From: an uncultured Nitrososphaerales archaeon
GTDB lineage: Archaea > Thermoproteota > Nitrososphaeria > Nitrososphaerales > Gagatemarchaeaceae
Assembly: GCA_963706445.1 (NCBI GenBank)
Contig: OY970160.1
Location: 352,001 to 416,000 of the forward strand
Length of the DNA stretch: 64,000 bases
Direction of reading: 5' to 3'
How positions within the stretch are numbered: the stretch's first letter is position 1; the number at the start of each line of letters is the position of its first letter. Positions 1-10,019 of the stretch are shown here, one piece after another. Both the position numbers and the translations under genes were made by a program. The notes beneath the pieces are model-generated. The model was given only the letters and a program-made list of their open reading frames with translations, searched no databases and was not told the origin of the DNA.

Positions 1-290
1 ACTCGGAAGTCGTAGCATCAGCCATAGGGAAGTTCGACACGGTTGTGGTCGACGACGTCGCCCAGGGGAAGGTGGAGTACGGGGACCTGATCCTGGCGGC
101 AAAGGCAGGGACCTTCGTGTGGGACTCGGCAATCGGGCTGGGAGACGTTGTCTCGGGGAAGCAACCCGCGAGAGGAAGGACTTTGTTCAAATCAGGTGGA
201 GTCGCCCTGGAGGACGTCGCCGTCGCGAGCATGCTCTACGACAAAGCGATGAAATCGGGCAGGTCCTACCCTAGCGTCGAATTGGTCTGA
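1..290 (+). CDS. Ornithine cyclodeaminase/alanine dehydrogenase (mu-crystallin) family, C-terminal part (5' truncated by window edge)
   Basis: Family C-terminal motifs 'VVVDD..Q...EYGDL' and 'TLFKSGGVALEDVAVA'; frame is open back to the window edge. Confidence 0.85.
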   Translation, partial: SEVVASAIGKFDTVVVDDVAQGKVEYGDLILAAKAGTFVWDSAIGLGDVVSGKQPARGRTLFKSGGVALEDVAVASMLYDKAMKSGRSYPSVELV

Positions 291-294
291 AACC

Positions 295-1938
295 CTACAT
301 TCCGGGCATGCCGCCCATCCCGCCCATTCCTCCGCCTCCCGGAGGTCCGGCCGGCGCCTTCATCTTGCTGGCGGCTATCACGTCGTCGATTCTCAGTATC
401 ATCGATGCAGTCTCCGTCGCGGCCCGGAGTATCTGCAGCTTGACCGCAAGGGGCTCCCAAACTGACTTTGCGTACATGTCGGCGACCTTCCCGTTCAGCG
501 CGTCGACTCCATACCACTTCCCATCCTCCTTCCCATGTCTAGCCCTGAGGTCCACCTGGGTGTCGATGGGGTCCATCCCTGCATTCTCGGCCAGAGTCAG
601 GGGGATGCTCTCCATGGCGTCCGCGAACTTCAGCGCGGCCAGTTGCTCGCGTCCCGACAGCTTCTGAGCCCAGTTCCTCAGCTGCACTGATACCTCTTCC
701 TCGGGTGCGCCTCCGCCTGCGACGACCGCTGGCAGCTCGAAAACGTCCTTCGTCACCATGAGCGCGTCGTGTAGAGCCCTTTCCGCCTCGTCGACCACCC
801 TCTGGGTCCCGCCGCGGACCAGGATAGTGACCGCCTTCGGGTTCTTCGCCCCTTCGACGAACACCCACTTGTCCTCCTCGACTTTCCTCTCTTCGACGAG
901 CTTGGCGTAGCCGAGGTCCTTGGAGTTCAGGTCGTCGAGGTTGGTGACCATCCTTGCGCCGGTCGCCTTTCCTAGCTTCGTCATGTCGCTCTCCTTGACC
1001 CTCCTCACTGCGAGGATTCCCGCCTTCGCGAGGAAGTGCTGGGCGAGGTCGTCGATCCCCTTCTGGCAGATGAGGACGTTAGCCCCCGCCGCCTCGACCT
1101 TCTCTACCATCCCCTTCAGTATGCTAGTCTCTTCGTCCATGAACTGCTGCATCTGCTGGGGGTCGTTGATTCTGATCTCAGCGGAGAATTCAGTCTTCTC
1201 GATCTCCAGTGCTGAGTTGACCAGGGCTATCTTCGCCTCATCTATCTTCCTGGGCATTCCCGAATGGACTACCTCTTTGTCGAGGACTATCCCCTGGACG
1301 AGCTTGGTGTCTGTCAGGGCTCCTCCGGGCTTCTTCTCTACCTTCACGTTGTCGATGTCCACCTTGAAGACGCCGTTCTTCTTCTCAGCCACCTGCATTA
1401 TGGCGTCTACGACGATTCCCGAAAGGTGAGGGGAGTCTTCGTTCACAAGCTTCGTCACCATGCTGGTGTTCGCGATCTTCAACATCTCGGACCTGTTCTC
1501 GGGGTCGACCTTCTCGGCTATCTCCTCAAGGATCTTCTGCGCCTTCTCCGCAGCCCTCGAGTACCCGTCCACAACGACGACAGGGTGGACGTTCTTGTTG
1601 ATCAGTTCCTCAGCCTTCTCCAGGAGGGCTCCGGCCACCACTACGGCGGACGTGGTCCCGTCTCCCACCTCGTTGTCGGTGGCCTTGCTGATCTCCACCA
1701 TCATCTTGGCCGCCGGGTGCTGCACATCTAGCTCCTTCAGCATGGTAGCCCCGTCGTTCGTTATCGTGACGTCCCCCATCGAGTCCACGAGCATCTTGTC
1801 CATCCCGCGCGGACCTAGCGATGTGCGGACTACTTCGGCGATAAGCTTCGCAGCAGAGATGTTGTTCCTCTGAGCTTCCCTGCCTCTCGACTCCCCAGAA
1901 CCTTCCTTCAGAATTATTACTGGTTGACCTGCTGACAT
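295..1938 (-). CDS. ths: Thermosome (group II chaperonin) subunit
   Basis: LGPRGMDKM, TITNDGAT and GDGTTS motifs, GGM tail; ATG at 1938 (MSAGQPVIILKEG) preferred over 1998. Confidence 0.97.
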   Translation of the reverse strand: MSAGQPVIILKEGSGESRGREAQRNNISAAKLIAEVVRTSLGPRGMDKMLVDSMGDVTITNDGATMLKELDVQHPAAKMMVEISKATDNEVGDGTTSAVVVAGALLEKAEELINKNVHPVVVVDGYSRAAEKAQKILEEIAEKVDPENRSEMLKIANTSMVTKLVNEDSPHLSGIVVDAIMQVAEKKNGVFKVDIDNVKVEKKPGGALTDTKLVQGIVLDKEVVHSGMPRKIDEAKIALVNSALEIEKTEFSAEIRINDPQQMQQFMDEETSILKGMVEKVEAAGANVLICQKGIDDLAQHFLAKAGILAVRRVKESDMTKLGKATGARMVTNLDDLNSKDLGYAKLVEERKVEEDKWVFVEGAKNPKAVTILVRGGTQRVVDEAERALHDALMVTKDVFELPAVVAGGGAPEEEVSVQLRNWAQKLSGREQLAALKFADAMESIPLTLAENAGMDPIDTQVDLRARHGKEDGKWYGVDALNGKVADMYAKSVWEPLAVKLQILRAATETASMILRIDDVIAASKMKAPAGPPGGGGMGGMGGMPGM

Positions 1939-2044
1939 TTGAACCGATGGTATACAACCGATTGGGGTATATATGAATTCCTTCGACAGAGAGACCACGT
2001 CATCATTCGGAAATTCTTAAGTGGGATAGGAGGCGGGAAACGGG

Positions 2045-2749
2045 TTGAAGCGATTGTCCTCGGCACCCACTTTGTCCAGAAAGCTTGCTGCAGAGCTCTT
2101 CGGGACTTTCGTCTTCGTCCTGGTTGGGGCCGGTTCGGCCGTAGGGGCTGCCAGCCTGGGCGGTGCCAACTCAGGTACGCTGTTGCTCATCGCCGCGTTC
2201 GGCAACGGCCTCGGGCTAGCAATGGCGGTGTCTCTCACCCTGAACATCTCCGGTGGAGTCCTGAACCCCGCCGTCGCAGTGGGCCTATGGTTCGGGAAGA
2301 AGCTCGAAGCTCGGGAGGTCGTCTATTACATAATCGCCGAAATCATCGGAGCGACGGCTGCCGGGGCTGCGCTCGTGGTCTCCTTCCCGTCGGTTCTGGG
2401 GTCCAAGGTCCACTGGGGGGCCACAACCCTCGGCAGCGGGGTCAACTACTGGCAGGGGACAGCAATCGAGGCGCTGCTCACCTTCGTCCTCGTCATGGCG
2501 ATCTACGGCACTGCCGTCGACACCCGAGCCCCGAAGATCGGTGGGCTCGGCATCGGCCTCGCAGTATTGGCTGACGTCCTTGTTGGTGGGAACCTCACGG
2601 GCGCGTCCATGAACCCCGCCAGGTCCTTCGGACCCATGATTGCCGGGGGCTTCATCCCAGGCTACTGGTTCATCTATATCATCGGCCCGCTGATAGGGGC
2701 GGTAGCGGCGTCTCTGGTATACACCCGTCTCATCGAGAACCCCGCGTAG
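2045..2749 (+). CDS. MIP family aquaporin
   Basis: Two NPA boxes (ISGGVLNPA, GASMNPARSFGP) and hydrophobic helices. Confidence 0.95.
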   Translation: MKRLSSAPTLSRKLAAELFGTFVFVLVGAGSAVGAASLGGANSGTLLLIAAFGNGLGLAMAVSLTLNISGGVLNPAVAVGLWFGKKLEAREVVYYIIAEIIGATAAGAALVVSFPSVLGSKVHWGATTLGSGVNYWQGTAIEALLTFVLVMAIYGTAVDTRAPKIGGLGIGLAVLADVLVGGNLTGASMNPARSFGPMIAGGFIPGYWFIYIIGPLIGAVAASLVYTRLIENPA

Positions 2750-2793
2750 CCGGGGACGGGGATAAATATCTCGAATCGAGGGCGTGCGAGTCT

Positions 2794-3273
2794 TTGAAAG
2801 CTTCCGGGAGCCGGCTGACAAGGGAACAGGCAAAGGAACTACTGATTAACCTAGACTCTACCATCGGGGGCGCCAAAGGGAACGCGTCCCGGGAGGCGCT
2901 GGTCAAGCTCCTCAACACCTCGGTCCCCAGCTACTCTTGGGTCGGGATATACTTGGTGGAAGGTAAGGACCTGGTCCTCGACGCATGGTCTGGTCCTGCT
3001 GCGACGGAGCACACCCGGATCCCCATAGGCAAAGGGGTCTGCGGGTTCGCGGCCAAGGCAGGGAGGACCGAGATAATCTCCGACGTCAGCAAGGACCCGA
3101 GATACATTCAGTGCTTCCTCTCCACCAAATCCGAGATAGTAGTCCCGATAACAAGCGGAGGGTCGGTGGTAGGGGAAATCGACATCGACGGGGACCAGCT
3201 CGACGCGTTCACCTCGCTGGACAGGGAGTTCCTCGAGGCGATAGCACGAAAGGCCAGTACTGTCTGGTCCTGA
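2794..3273 (+). CDS. GAF-domain protein, free methionine-R-sulfoxide reductase (MsrC/YebR)-like
   Basis: WVGIY, RIPIGKGVCG, SEIVVP, GEIDID and D..FLE motifs. Confidence 0.85.
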   Translation: MKASGSRLTREQAKELLINLDSTIGGAKGNASREALVKLLNTSVPSYSWVGIYLVEGKDLVLDAWSGPAATEHTRIPIGKGVCGFAAKAGRTEIISDVSKDPRYIQCFLSTKSEIVVPITSGGSVVGEIDIDGDQLDAFTSLDREFLEAIARKASTVWS

Positions 3274-3283
3274 GACGACCTTC

Positions 3284-3307
3284 ATAACATAGGTTATAAT
3301 TTAAATA
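3284..3307 (+). promoter_or_regulatory. Palindromic operator ATAAC-N4-GTTAT followed by TATA box upstream of sufC
   Basis: ATAACATAGGTTATA (3284-3298), then TTTAAATA (3300-3307) about 28 nt before the ATG. Confidence 0.6.
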
Positions 3308-3334
3308 GAATCCGGATACGCACATGTTCTACCA

Positions 3335-4111
3335 ATGAAGCTAGAGATCAAGGGCCTTCACGGATCGGTCGAGGGAAAGGAGATACTCAAGGGAGTCGAC
3401 CTGACCATCGGCCAAGGGGAGACCCACGCGTTGATGGGGCCCAACGGATCGGGGAAGAGCACCCTCGCCTACACCCTGATGGGGCACCCGAAGTACCTGG
3501 TCACGTCGGGGCAGGTCCTCATCGACGGGGAGAGCATAGTGGGCCTCACACCTGACAAACGGGTCAAGAAGGGGCTGTTCCTCGCGTTCCAATACCCAGT
3601 CAGCGTCCAGGGGGTGAGCATGTTCTCTTTCCTCAGGGCGGCATACAACAACTCGAGGACCCCGGGGACCGAGCCCCCGACCATCTTCGAGTTCAAAGAA
3701 ACGGTGGCGGAAAAGCTGAAGATGCTCAGCATGGACGAATCATTTCTGAGCCGCTATCTGAACGAAGGCTTCTCCGGAGGGGAAAAGAAGAGGGCGGAGA
3801 TACTCCAGATGGCGCTGATGCAGCCGAAGTTCGCCGTCCTCGACGAGACCGACTCCGGGCTCGACATCGACGCCCTGAGGATCGTCGCCGAGGGGATCAA
3901 CAAAGTGTCCGGACCCGAGACTGGGACCCTGCTGATCACCCACTACCAGAGGATCCTGAAGTACGTGAAGCCCCAGTTCGTCCACGTCATGTTCCAGGGG
4001 CGCATAATCAAATCGGGCGGAGAGGACCTCTCGAGGCTCCTCGAAGAGAAAGGCTACACCTGGATAGAGGGCTACAAGGAAGAAGAGCCGGTGGCCCCGG
4101 CAGCCCCATAA
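3335..4111 (+). CDS. sufC: Fe-S cluster assembly ATPase SufC
   Basis: [36 protein letters not shown]. Confidence 0.97.
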   Translation: MKLEIKGLHGSVEGKEILKGVDLTIGQGETHALMGPNGSGKSTLAYTLMGHPKYLVTSGQVLIDGESIVGLTPDKRVKKGLFLAFQYPVSVQGVSMFSFLRAAYNNSRTPGTEPPTIFEFKETVAEKLKMLSMDESFLSRYLNEGFSGGEKKRAEILQMALMQPKFAVLDETDSGLDIDALRIVAEGINKVSGPETGTLLITHYQRILKYVKPQFVHVMFQGRIIKSGGEDLSRLLEEKGYTWIEGYKEEEPVAPAAP

Positions 4112-4125
4112 TCCTTTTAACAAGG

Positions 4126-4141
4126 TATAACCTATGTTATA
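4126..4141. promoter_or_regulatory. Second copy of the palindromic operator (TATAAC-CTAT-GTTATA) upstream of sufB
   Basis: 4126-4140 is the exact reverse complement of 3284-3298; lies just downstream of TTTTAA (4115-4120). Confidence 0.6.
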
Positions 4142-4159
4142 TTCGAGCGTGAGACGATA

Positions 4160-5569
4160 TTGAGCTCGAAGACAGACCTCATAACTGACGATTACAAGGA
4201 GAAGTACGGTTTCAGCGACCCGATCGAAGCGTATGCTGTCCAGGGGACGCAGGGCCTCAGCGAAAGGGTCGTCCAGGAGATAGTCAGGCTGCACGACGAG
4301 CCGGCTTGGATGGAGCAGATCAGGATGAAGGCCCTTAAGCACTTCCTGGACATGAAGGTCCCCGCCTGGGCACCAGACCTCGGCGACATCGACTTCCAGA
4401 GCTTCACCTACTACGCGAGGCCGACAGCCAAGGCGGCCGACAACTGGGACCAGCTCCCGGAGTACATCAAGCGGACCTATGATAAACTGGGCATCACCGA
4501 CGCGGAGAAGAAGTTCCTCGCCGGGGTTGGGGCCGTTTACGAGTCCGAGGCCGTCTATCACAGCATCAAAGGAGAGCTCGAGAAGCAGGGGGTCGTGTTC
4601 ACAGATACTGTGACCGCCCTGAAGGAGTACCCCGACATTATGAGAAAGTACTTCGGCACGGTCGTCCCATATCAGGACAACTACATCGCAGCCCTTCAGA
4701 CAGCGGTATGGAGCGCCGGCTCCTTCGTCTACGTTCCGGAAGGAGTCAAGGTCCCCATGATCCTTCAGGCTTACTTCAGAATCAACGAGAGGAAGATGGG
4801 ACAGTTCGAGAGGACACTGATAGTCGCAGAGCCCTACAGCGAAGTATCCTACAACGAGGGTTGCAGCGCGCCTGTCTACTCTTCCCAGTCTCTCCATTCC
4901 GCAGTAGTCGAGATAATCGCCAAGAAGGGCTCGCTGGTCAAATACACGACCCTCCAGAACTGGTCGAGAGACGTGCTGAATCTGGTGACAAAGAGAGCCC
5001 ACGCCTACGAAGACGCGACCGTCTCCTGGGTGGACTTCAACGGAGGCTCGAGGCTGACTAGGAAGTACCCGTCGATCTACCTTCTGGGCCCACGTGCCAA
5101 GGCTGATATCATCTCAGTCGCCTATGCTGGCCCGGGACAGGTGCAGGACACCGGGGGCAAGGCAATCCACCTCGCCAAGGACACGACTTCGAAGATAATC
5201 TCCAGATCCGTTTCAAAGGGGGGCGGCCACACCGCCTACCGCGGCCTGTTACACATTGCGAAGGGCGCGACGAACGTGAAGAGCACAGTGCGCTGTGACG
5301 CCCTTCTGCTGGACCCTCAGAGCACTACAGCCACCTACCCGTATATGGAGATCCAGGAGGATGACGCGACCGTGACCCACGAAGCCAGCGTCGGCAAGGT
5401 GGGGGAGGAGCAGCTGTTCTACCTGATGGCCAGGGGCATCTCCGAAGGGGACGCCCTGAGCATGGTCGTCAACGGGTTCTTGGAGCCTTTCGCGAAGGAG
5501 CTCCCCATGACATACGCCGTCGAGTTCAACCGCCTGATGTCCCTAGAGATGACCAACGCCGTAGGGTAG
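4160..5569 (+). CDS. sufB: Fe-S cluster assembly protein SufB
   Basis: GQFERTLI, EGCSAP, SLHSAVVE, HEASVGK, FYLMARG; TTG start. Confidence 0.96.
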   Translation: MSSKTDLITDDYKEKYGFSDPIEAYAVQGTQGLSERVVQEIVRLHDEPAWMEQIRMKALKHFLDMKVPAWAPDLGDIDFQSFTYYARPTAKAADNWDQLPEYIKRTYDKLGITDAEKKFLAGVGAVYESEAVYHSIKGELEKQGVVFTDTVTALKEYPDIMRKYFGTVVPYQDNYIAALQTAVWSAGSFVYVPEGVKVPMILQAYFRINERKMGQFERTLIVAEPYSEVSYNEGCSAPVYSSQSLHSAVVEIIAKKGSLVKYTTLQNWSRDVLNLVTKRAHAYEDATVSWVDFNGGSRLTRKYPSIYLLGPRAKADIISVAYAGPGQVQDTGGKAIHLAKDTTSKIISRSVSKGGGHTAYRGLLHIAKGATNVKSTVRCDALLLDPQSTTATYPYMEIQEDDATVTHEASVGKVGEEQLFYLMARGISEGDALSMVVNGFLEPFAKELPMTYAVEFNRLMSLEMTNAVG

Positions 5570-5595
5570 ACCCGCGGCCAAGGCGTGAGCTGAGC

Positions 5596-7008
5596 ATGTC
5601 ACAGACAGCGGTATCATCCTTCGATGAGAGCCTCGTCAGAGCTCTTTCCTCATCCCTGGAAGAGCCGGACTGGCTGGCGGACGCCAGGCTCGAAGCCTGC
5701 AAGGAGTTCGTGGCCCTCCCTCCAGAGAAGAACACGCTCTACACGAAGTACGTGAGCACCTTCAACTTCCCACTGGACCAGTTCAAGATAATCCCGGGGA
5801 AATCAGAGATAGACTTCCGCAGCTTCTTCGGGGACTTCCTTACCGGGAAGGAGAGCAACATCATACTCCAGGGAAACGAGACCCAGGTCCACGCAGAGCT
5901 GAAGGAGGACCTCTCGTCCGTGGGGGTGAACCTCATGTCATTCCATGAGGCGCTGAAGGCCGAGGAAGCCATGGTTAGGAAACTGGTCGAGAACAGACTG
6001 GTAAAGTCGGGCAGCGACAAGTTCGCCGCCTTTGTAAACGCGTTCTTCAACTCAGGGATTTATGTAAGGGTCCCGAAGGGGGTGACCCTCGACAAGCCTC
6101 TTCGCAGGATGCTGCTTCTCGACTCGCCGCGGACATCGATCGTCGAGCAGAACTTCGTAGTCGCCGAGGAACAGTCAAAACTGATCTTCCTCGAGGAGCT
6201 CTATTCGAAGGGGCCCACGAACCCCACCCTTTTGGCGTCTAACACCGAGATTTTCGCCAGGCCCAGCTCGCACGTCGACTTCTCCTCCATCCAGCTCCTG
6301 GACTACCAGACGACCCACGTTAGCAACAGAGCGGCTGAGACAGCCAACGACTCGAGGGTGACGGTCAGCTCCCTCTCCCTGGGCGCTTCGGTGTCCCGCT
6401 CGAGGATGAACTTCCTCCTGAACGGAAGGGGGTCACTGGCCGAGGGCTTCGAGATCTTCTTCACCGATGGGAAGCAGAAGTACGATTTCGAGACGAACCT
6501 CATACACAACTCCCCCGACTCCACAGGGTCGACCCAGGCAAGGGGGGTCCTGAAGGGAGAGTCCCAGTCAATATTCAAGGGGATGATCAAGATCATCAAC
6601 GCGGCGAGGAACTCGAGGTCCTACCTCGCCCACCATGCGATGCTGCTTGAGCGGACGGCGAAGTCGGACGCGGTCCCGAGCCTCGAAATAGAGAACAACG
6701 AGGTGAGGGCCACCCACTCGGCCTCCGTCGCCCAGATCGACGAGGAACAGCTGTTTTACCTTCAGGCCAGGGGCCTTTCCCCCGATGAGTCAAAGAAGAT
6801 GGTAGTCCTTGGTTTCTTCGAGCCCGTCCTGTCGAGGGTGCCCATAGAGCAGACGAGGGAAGGCGCGAGGTTCATGATCGAGGGGAAGTGGTATGGGGAG
6901 AAGAGGCGGCTCATCGACAGAGAGGCGCTCCTGGCAGCGACCGGCGAGCTAACACCAGAAGTCAAGGAATCGGAAGACATCTTCGAGCGTCACTACAAAT
7001 ATCGGTGA
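5596..7008 (+). CDS. sufD: Fe-S cluster assembly protein SufD
   Basis: C-terminal 'PSLEIENNEVRATHSASVAQIDEEQLFYLQARG'; operon position. Confidence 0.93.
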   Translation: MSQTAVSSFDESLVRALSSSLEEPDWLADARLEACKEFVALPPEKNTLYTKYVSTFNFPLDQFKIIPGKSEIDFRSFFGDFLTGKESNIILQGNETQVHAELKEDLSSVGVNLMSFHEALKAEEAMVRKLVENRLVKSGSDKFAAFVNAFFNSGIYVRVPKGVTLDKPLRRMLLLDSPRTSIVEQNFVVAEEQSKLIFLEELYSKGPTNPTLLASNTEIFARPSSHVDFSSIQLLDYQTTHVSNRAAETANDSRVTVSSLSLGASVSRSRMNFLLNGRGSLAEGFEIFFTDGKQKYDFETNLIHNSPDSTGSTQARGVLKGESQSIFKGMIKIINAARNSRSYLAHHAMLLERTAKSDAVPSLEIENNEVRATHSASVAQIDEEQLFYLQARGLSPDESKKMVVLGFFEPVLSRVPIEQTREGARFMIEGKWYGEKRRLIDREALLAATGELTPEVKESEDIFERHYKYR

Positions 7009-7014
7009 TGGGAA

Positions 7015-7323
7015 TTGGGGGAGTTCTTCCCTGCGATGAAGGCGGCAGATCTGGCGGAAGGGACGATGTCCGCTGTCGACGTGAGCGGGACCCATGTGCT
7101 GGTCGCGAGGATCGGGGGCGAAGTGTCTGCTGTCAGCGGTACCTGCAGCCACGAAGAGGCCGACCTGGGGCTTGGGTTCTTGATCGAGGACAGAGTAGTC
7201 TGCCCTCTCCACCTGTCCCAGTTCGACCTCAGGACCGGCCAGGTGATGAACCCGCCCGCCGAAGTCCCCCTCAAGCGCTTCAATGTTAAAATAGAAGGCG
7301 ACACGATTTTTGTCGAAGTCTAG
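7015..7323 (+). CDS. Rieske-type ferredoxin (NirD/MocE-like)
   Basis: CSH...CPLH Rieske ligands, FDLRTG. Confidence 0.92.
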   Translation: MGEFFPAMKAADLAEGTMSAVDVSGTHVLVARIGGEVSAVSGTCSHEEADLGLGFLIEDRVVCPLHLSQFDLRTGQVMNPPAEVPLKRFNVKIEGDTIFVEV

Positions 7324-7341
7324 TGGAGGTTCTCACAAGAT

Positions 7342-8580
7342 TTGTTGAAGACTGAGGTACTAGACATCGAGAAGGTCAGGTCCGACTTCCCAATACTGAA
7401 GCGTAAGATCCACGGCAAGCGTCTGGTTTACTTGGACAACGCCGCCACCACCCAGAAGCCGCAGGCGGTCATCGACTCCCTGGTGGACTACTACTCGCGC
7501 TACAATTCGAACGTCCACCGCTCGGTGCACACCCTGGGCGAGGAAGCCACAGCAGCCTACGAGTCCGCCCGGGAACGCACCGCAAGATTCGTGGGCTCGT
7601 ATGCGAAGCAACTTGTCTTCGTCAGGGGGACGACCGAGGCGACAAACCTCGTCAGGTTCGCCTGGGGGGAGACCAACGTCCGGAAGGGGGACCTTATCGT
7701 GACCACCATGATGGAACACCACAGCAACATCGTACCCTGGCAGCTCCTTGCGAAGAGCAAGGGTGCGACCCTGAAGTTCGTCGGACTTCACCCCGACGGG
7801 ACCATCGACATGGGCCAGCTGGAGGACCTTCTCAGACAGTCCCCGAAGCTCGTCGCGGTCACTCACTGTTCGAACGTCCTTGGAACAATCAACGACGTCG
7901 CGGCCATCTGCGCCAAGGCGCGCAGCGCAGGAGCGATCACCCTGGTCGACGGCGCCCAGTCCGTCCCCCACATCCCAGTGGACGTCGGAGCCGTCGGTTC
8001 CGACTTCTACGCCTTCTCAGGCCACAAGATGCTCGGCCCTACGGGCATAGGCGCCCTCGTCGCGAAAAAGGAGATCCTCCAGGAGATGGAACCGTTCCAT
8101 GGAGGCGGGGAGATGATCAAGGAAGTCTTCCTCGACCACTCGACCTGGAACGACGTCCCCTACAAGTTCGAGGCCGGGACGGTGAACATAGCGGACGCCA
8201 TAGGGCTCGGGGCGGCCGTCGACTATCTTTCTGCCATCGGGATGGCCAAGGTCCGGGAGCACGAAGTGGCGCTGCTCGACTATGCGATGCAGACCCTCTC
8301 CCAAGTAAAAGGGTACCACGCCTACGGTCCGTCCGACTCGAGGATGAAAGGCGGGGTCATCTCGTTCAACCTGGCAGACGTCCACCCCCACGACCTCGCG
8401 ACCATACTCGACGAGGAAGGCATCGCCATCAGGTCAGGGCACCACTGCGCCCAGCCCCTGATGAACTGGCTGGAGGTGTCCGCCACTAGCAGGGCAAGCT
8501 TCCACGTCTACAACTCCTACGATGACATCGACGCCTTGAAGGCCGGGCTTCAGAAGGCGGGTGCGATATTCAAGATATGA
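7342..8580 (+). CDS. sufS: Cysteine desulfurase SufS
   Basis: YLDNAATTQKP, FSGHKM (PLP lysine), RSGHHCA. Confidence 0.97.
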   Translation: MLKTEVLDIEKVRSDFPILKRKIHGKRLVYLDNAATTQKPQAVIDSLVDYYSRYNSNVHRSVHTLGEEATAAYESARERTARFVGSYAKQLVFVRGTTEATNLVRFAWGETNVRKGDLIVTTMMEHHSNIVPWQLLAKSKGATLKFVGLHPDGTIDMGQLEDLLRQSPKLVAVTHCSNVLGTINDVAAICAKARSAGAITLVDGAQSVPHIPVDVGAVGSDFYAFSGHKMLGPTGIGALVAKKEILQEMEPFHGGGEMIKEVFLDHSTWNDVPYKFEAGTVNIADAIGLGAAVDYLSAIGMAKVREHEVALLDYAMQTLSQVKGYHAYGPSDSRMKGGVISFNLADVHPHDLATILDEEGIAIRSGHHCAQPLMNWLEVSATSRASFHVYNSYDDIDALKAGLQKAGAIFKI

Positions 8581-8999
8581 GCAGCGCAGACATCTACCGC
8601 GAGCTGATACTGGACTACTACAGGAACCCCCGCAACTATGGGAAGCTGGAGAAGTTCGACATCGACGCCCGTGACACCAACCCCCTCTGCGGAGACGAGA
8701 TCGAGTTACAGATCAGGGTGGGGGAGGGGCAGAAGATCGAGGAGATCATGTTCGCCGGGAAGGGGTGCGCCATCAGCCAAGCCTCGGTCTCCATGCTCAC
8801 TGAGCTCGCCAAGGGAAAGCCACTCGACTGGGTGAAGGAAGTGTCGAAGGAGGACGTCTTCAAGATGCTCGGGAACCCCGACCTGGGGCCCTCCAGGGTG
8901 AAGTGCGCCCTTCTTGGAATGAAGGTCCTGAAGACTGGGGTCTACGGGTATCTCGGGGCCCACTATGACGACCCTGACGGGTCGGACGCCATGGTCTAG
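8577..8999 (+). CDS. sufU: SUF NifU-like scaffold/sulfurtransferase SufU
   Basis: NPLCGD, GCAISQAS, RVKCA. Confidence 0.95.
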   Translation: MSSADIYRELILDYYRNPRNYGKLEKFDIDARDTNPLCGDEIELQIRVGEGQKIEEIMFAGKGCAISQASVSMLTELAKGKPLDWVKEVSKEDVFKMLGNPDLGPSRVKCALLGMKVLKTGVYGYLGAHYDDPDGSDAMV

Positions 9000-9193
9000 C
9001 CCGGCAGGTGTATCGGCGGGAGCAGCCCGAAGGACACCAGCAGATAGTAAGCAGGAACGATTATGACGGGTGCGAGCACCGCAGCCCAGAATACCAACTT
9101 CAGCGCTCCCTTCGCCTCCTCCTCAAGCTGCGCCTGATTTCTGGGGATCAGGGCCTTGACCCGTGCTACGGCGTTTATCCTCTTGCCTCCCAT
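8996..9193 (-). CDS. Small hypothetical membrane protein (about 65 aa, one C-terminal TM)
   Basis: ATG at 9193 with TTAAAT about 25 nt upstream; hydrophobic stretch LVFWAAVLAPVIIVPAYYLLV. Confidence 0.5.
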   Translation of the reverse strand: MGGKRINAVARVKALIPRNQAQLEEEAKGALKLVFWAAVLAPVIIVPAYYLLVSFGLLPPIHLPG

Positions 9194-9236
9194 GACCTTC
9201 ACAACGCCGCAACTGGATTTAACGATATCCTGACAT

Positions 9237-10019
9237 TCAGCTCGGAGGCTTTTGCTCAGGAGCCGCCGGCGAGACCAGCTTGGCCCCCTCTCCAGCATTG
9301 CGGGGCGCCTTCCCAGACAACACGTGACGCCTCAGCAGCTGTATCCCCAGCGCAGGATCGACCCCCTTAGGGCAGACGAATGAGCAGGACCCTGCGAAGT
9401 GGCACCTCCACACCCCGTGTGCGTCGTCGAGCATCTCGAGCCTCTTCTCCCCTCCCTCGTCCCTCTCGTCCATGGTGTACCTGTACGCCTGGGCGAGCGC
9501 CTGGGGTCCGGGGAACTTCGTGTCCATGGCGACGGTCGGGCAGGAAGATGTGCAAAGCCCGCACTTTATGCAGTAGGTGAACTGAAGGACCCTCTCCAGC
9601 TCGTCGGGCTTCATGAGGTATTCCCTCGTAGGATTCTCCACCTCCTGCACGTCCGAGCGGATGACGTAGGGCATCATCTGGCGGTGCTTGGCAAAGAACG
9701 AGTCCAGGTCTGTCACCAGGTCCTTGACTATCGCGAAGTTGTCCATGGGCTGTGTCAGCACCTTCTCCGACTTCAGCTCGTCCACCTGGGTGTAGCAGGC
9801 GAGCCTGGGCCTCCCGTTGATTTTCATCCCGCACGACCCGCAGGAAGCCTGCCTGCACGAGAACCGGACCGCTATCGAATGGTCGATGTAGTCCCTGGCG
9901 TAAAGAAGCGCATCTAGCACCGTCATCCCTTCCCTTTTCGGCACGCTGTATTCGGCCAACCTCGGCTTCGCATCCGTGAACGGGTCGAACCTCTGGACCA
10001 CCAGCTTCACTTCGCTCAT
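9237..10019 (-). CDS. sdhB: Succinate dehydrogenase/fumarate reductase Fe-S subunit
   Basis: SCRQASCGSC, CIKCGLCTSSCP, CHFAGSCSFVCP; start MSEVKLVV at 10019. Confidence 0.95.
   Translation of the reverse strand: MSEVKLVVQRFDPFTDAKPRLAEYSVPKREGMTVLDALLYARDYIDHSIAVRFSCRQASCGSCGMKINGRPRLACYTQVDELKSEKVLTQPMDNFAIVKDLVTDLDSFFAKHRQMMPYVIRSDVQEVENPTREYLMKPDELERVLQFTYCIKCGLCTSSCPTVAMDTKFPGPQALAQAYRYTMDERDEGGEKRLEMLDDAHGVWRCHFAGSCSFVCPKGVDPALGIQLLRRHVLSGKAPRNAGEGAKLVSPAAPEQKPPS

Noticed and set aside
295-345. GGM repeat at the thermosome C-terminus
   Set aside because: An ordinary chaperonin tail.
3740-5002. Long antisense or alternate-frame ORFs (also 26836-27888, 28614-29552, 45159-46346, 53274-54356)
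   Set aside because: They are shadows of well-supported genes in high-GC3 DNA and carry no recognisable motifs.
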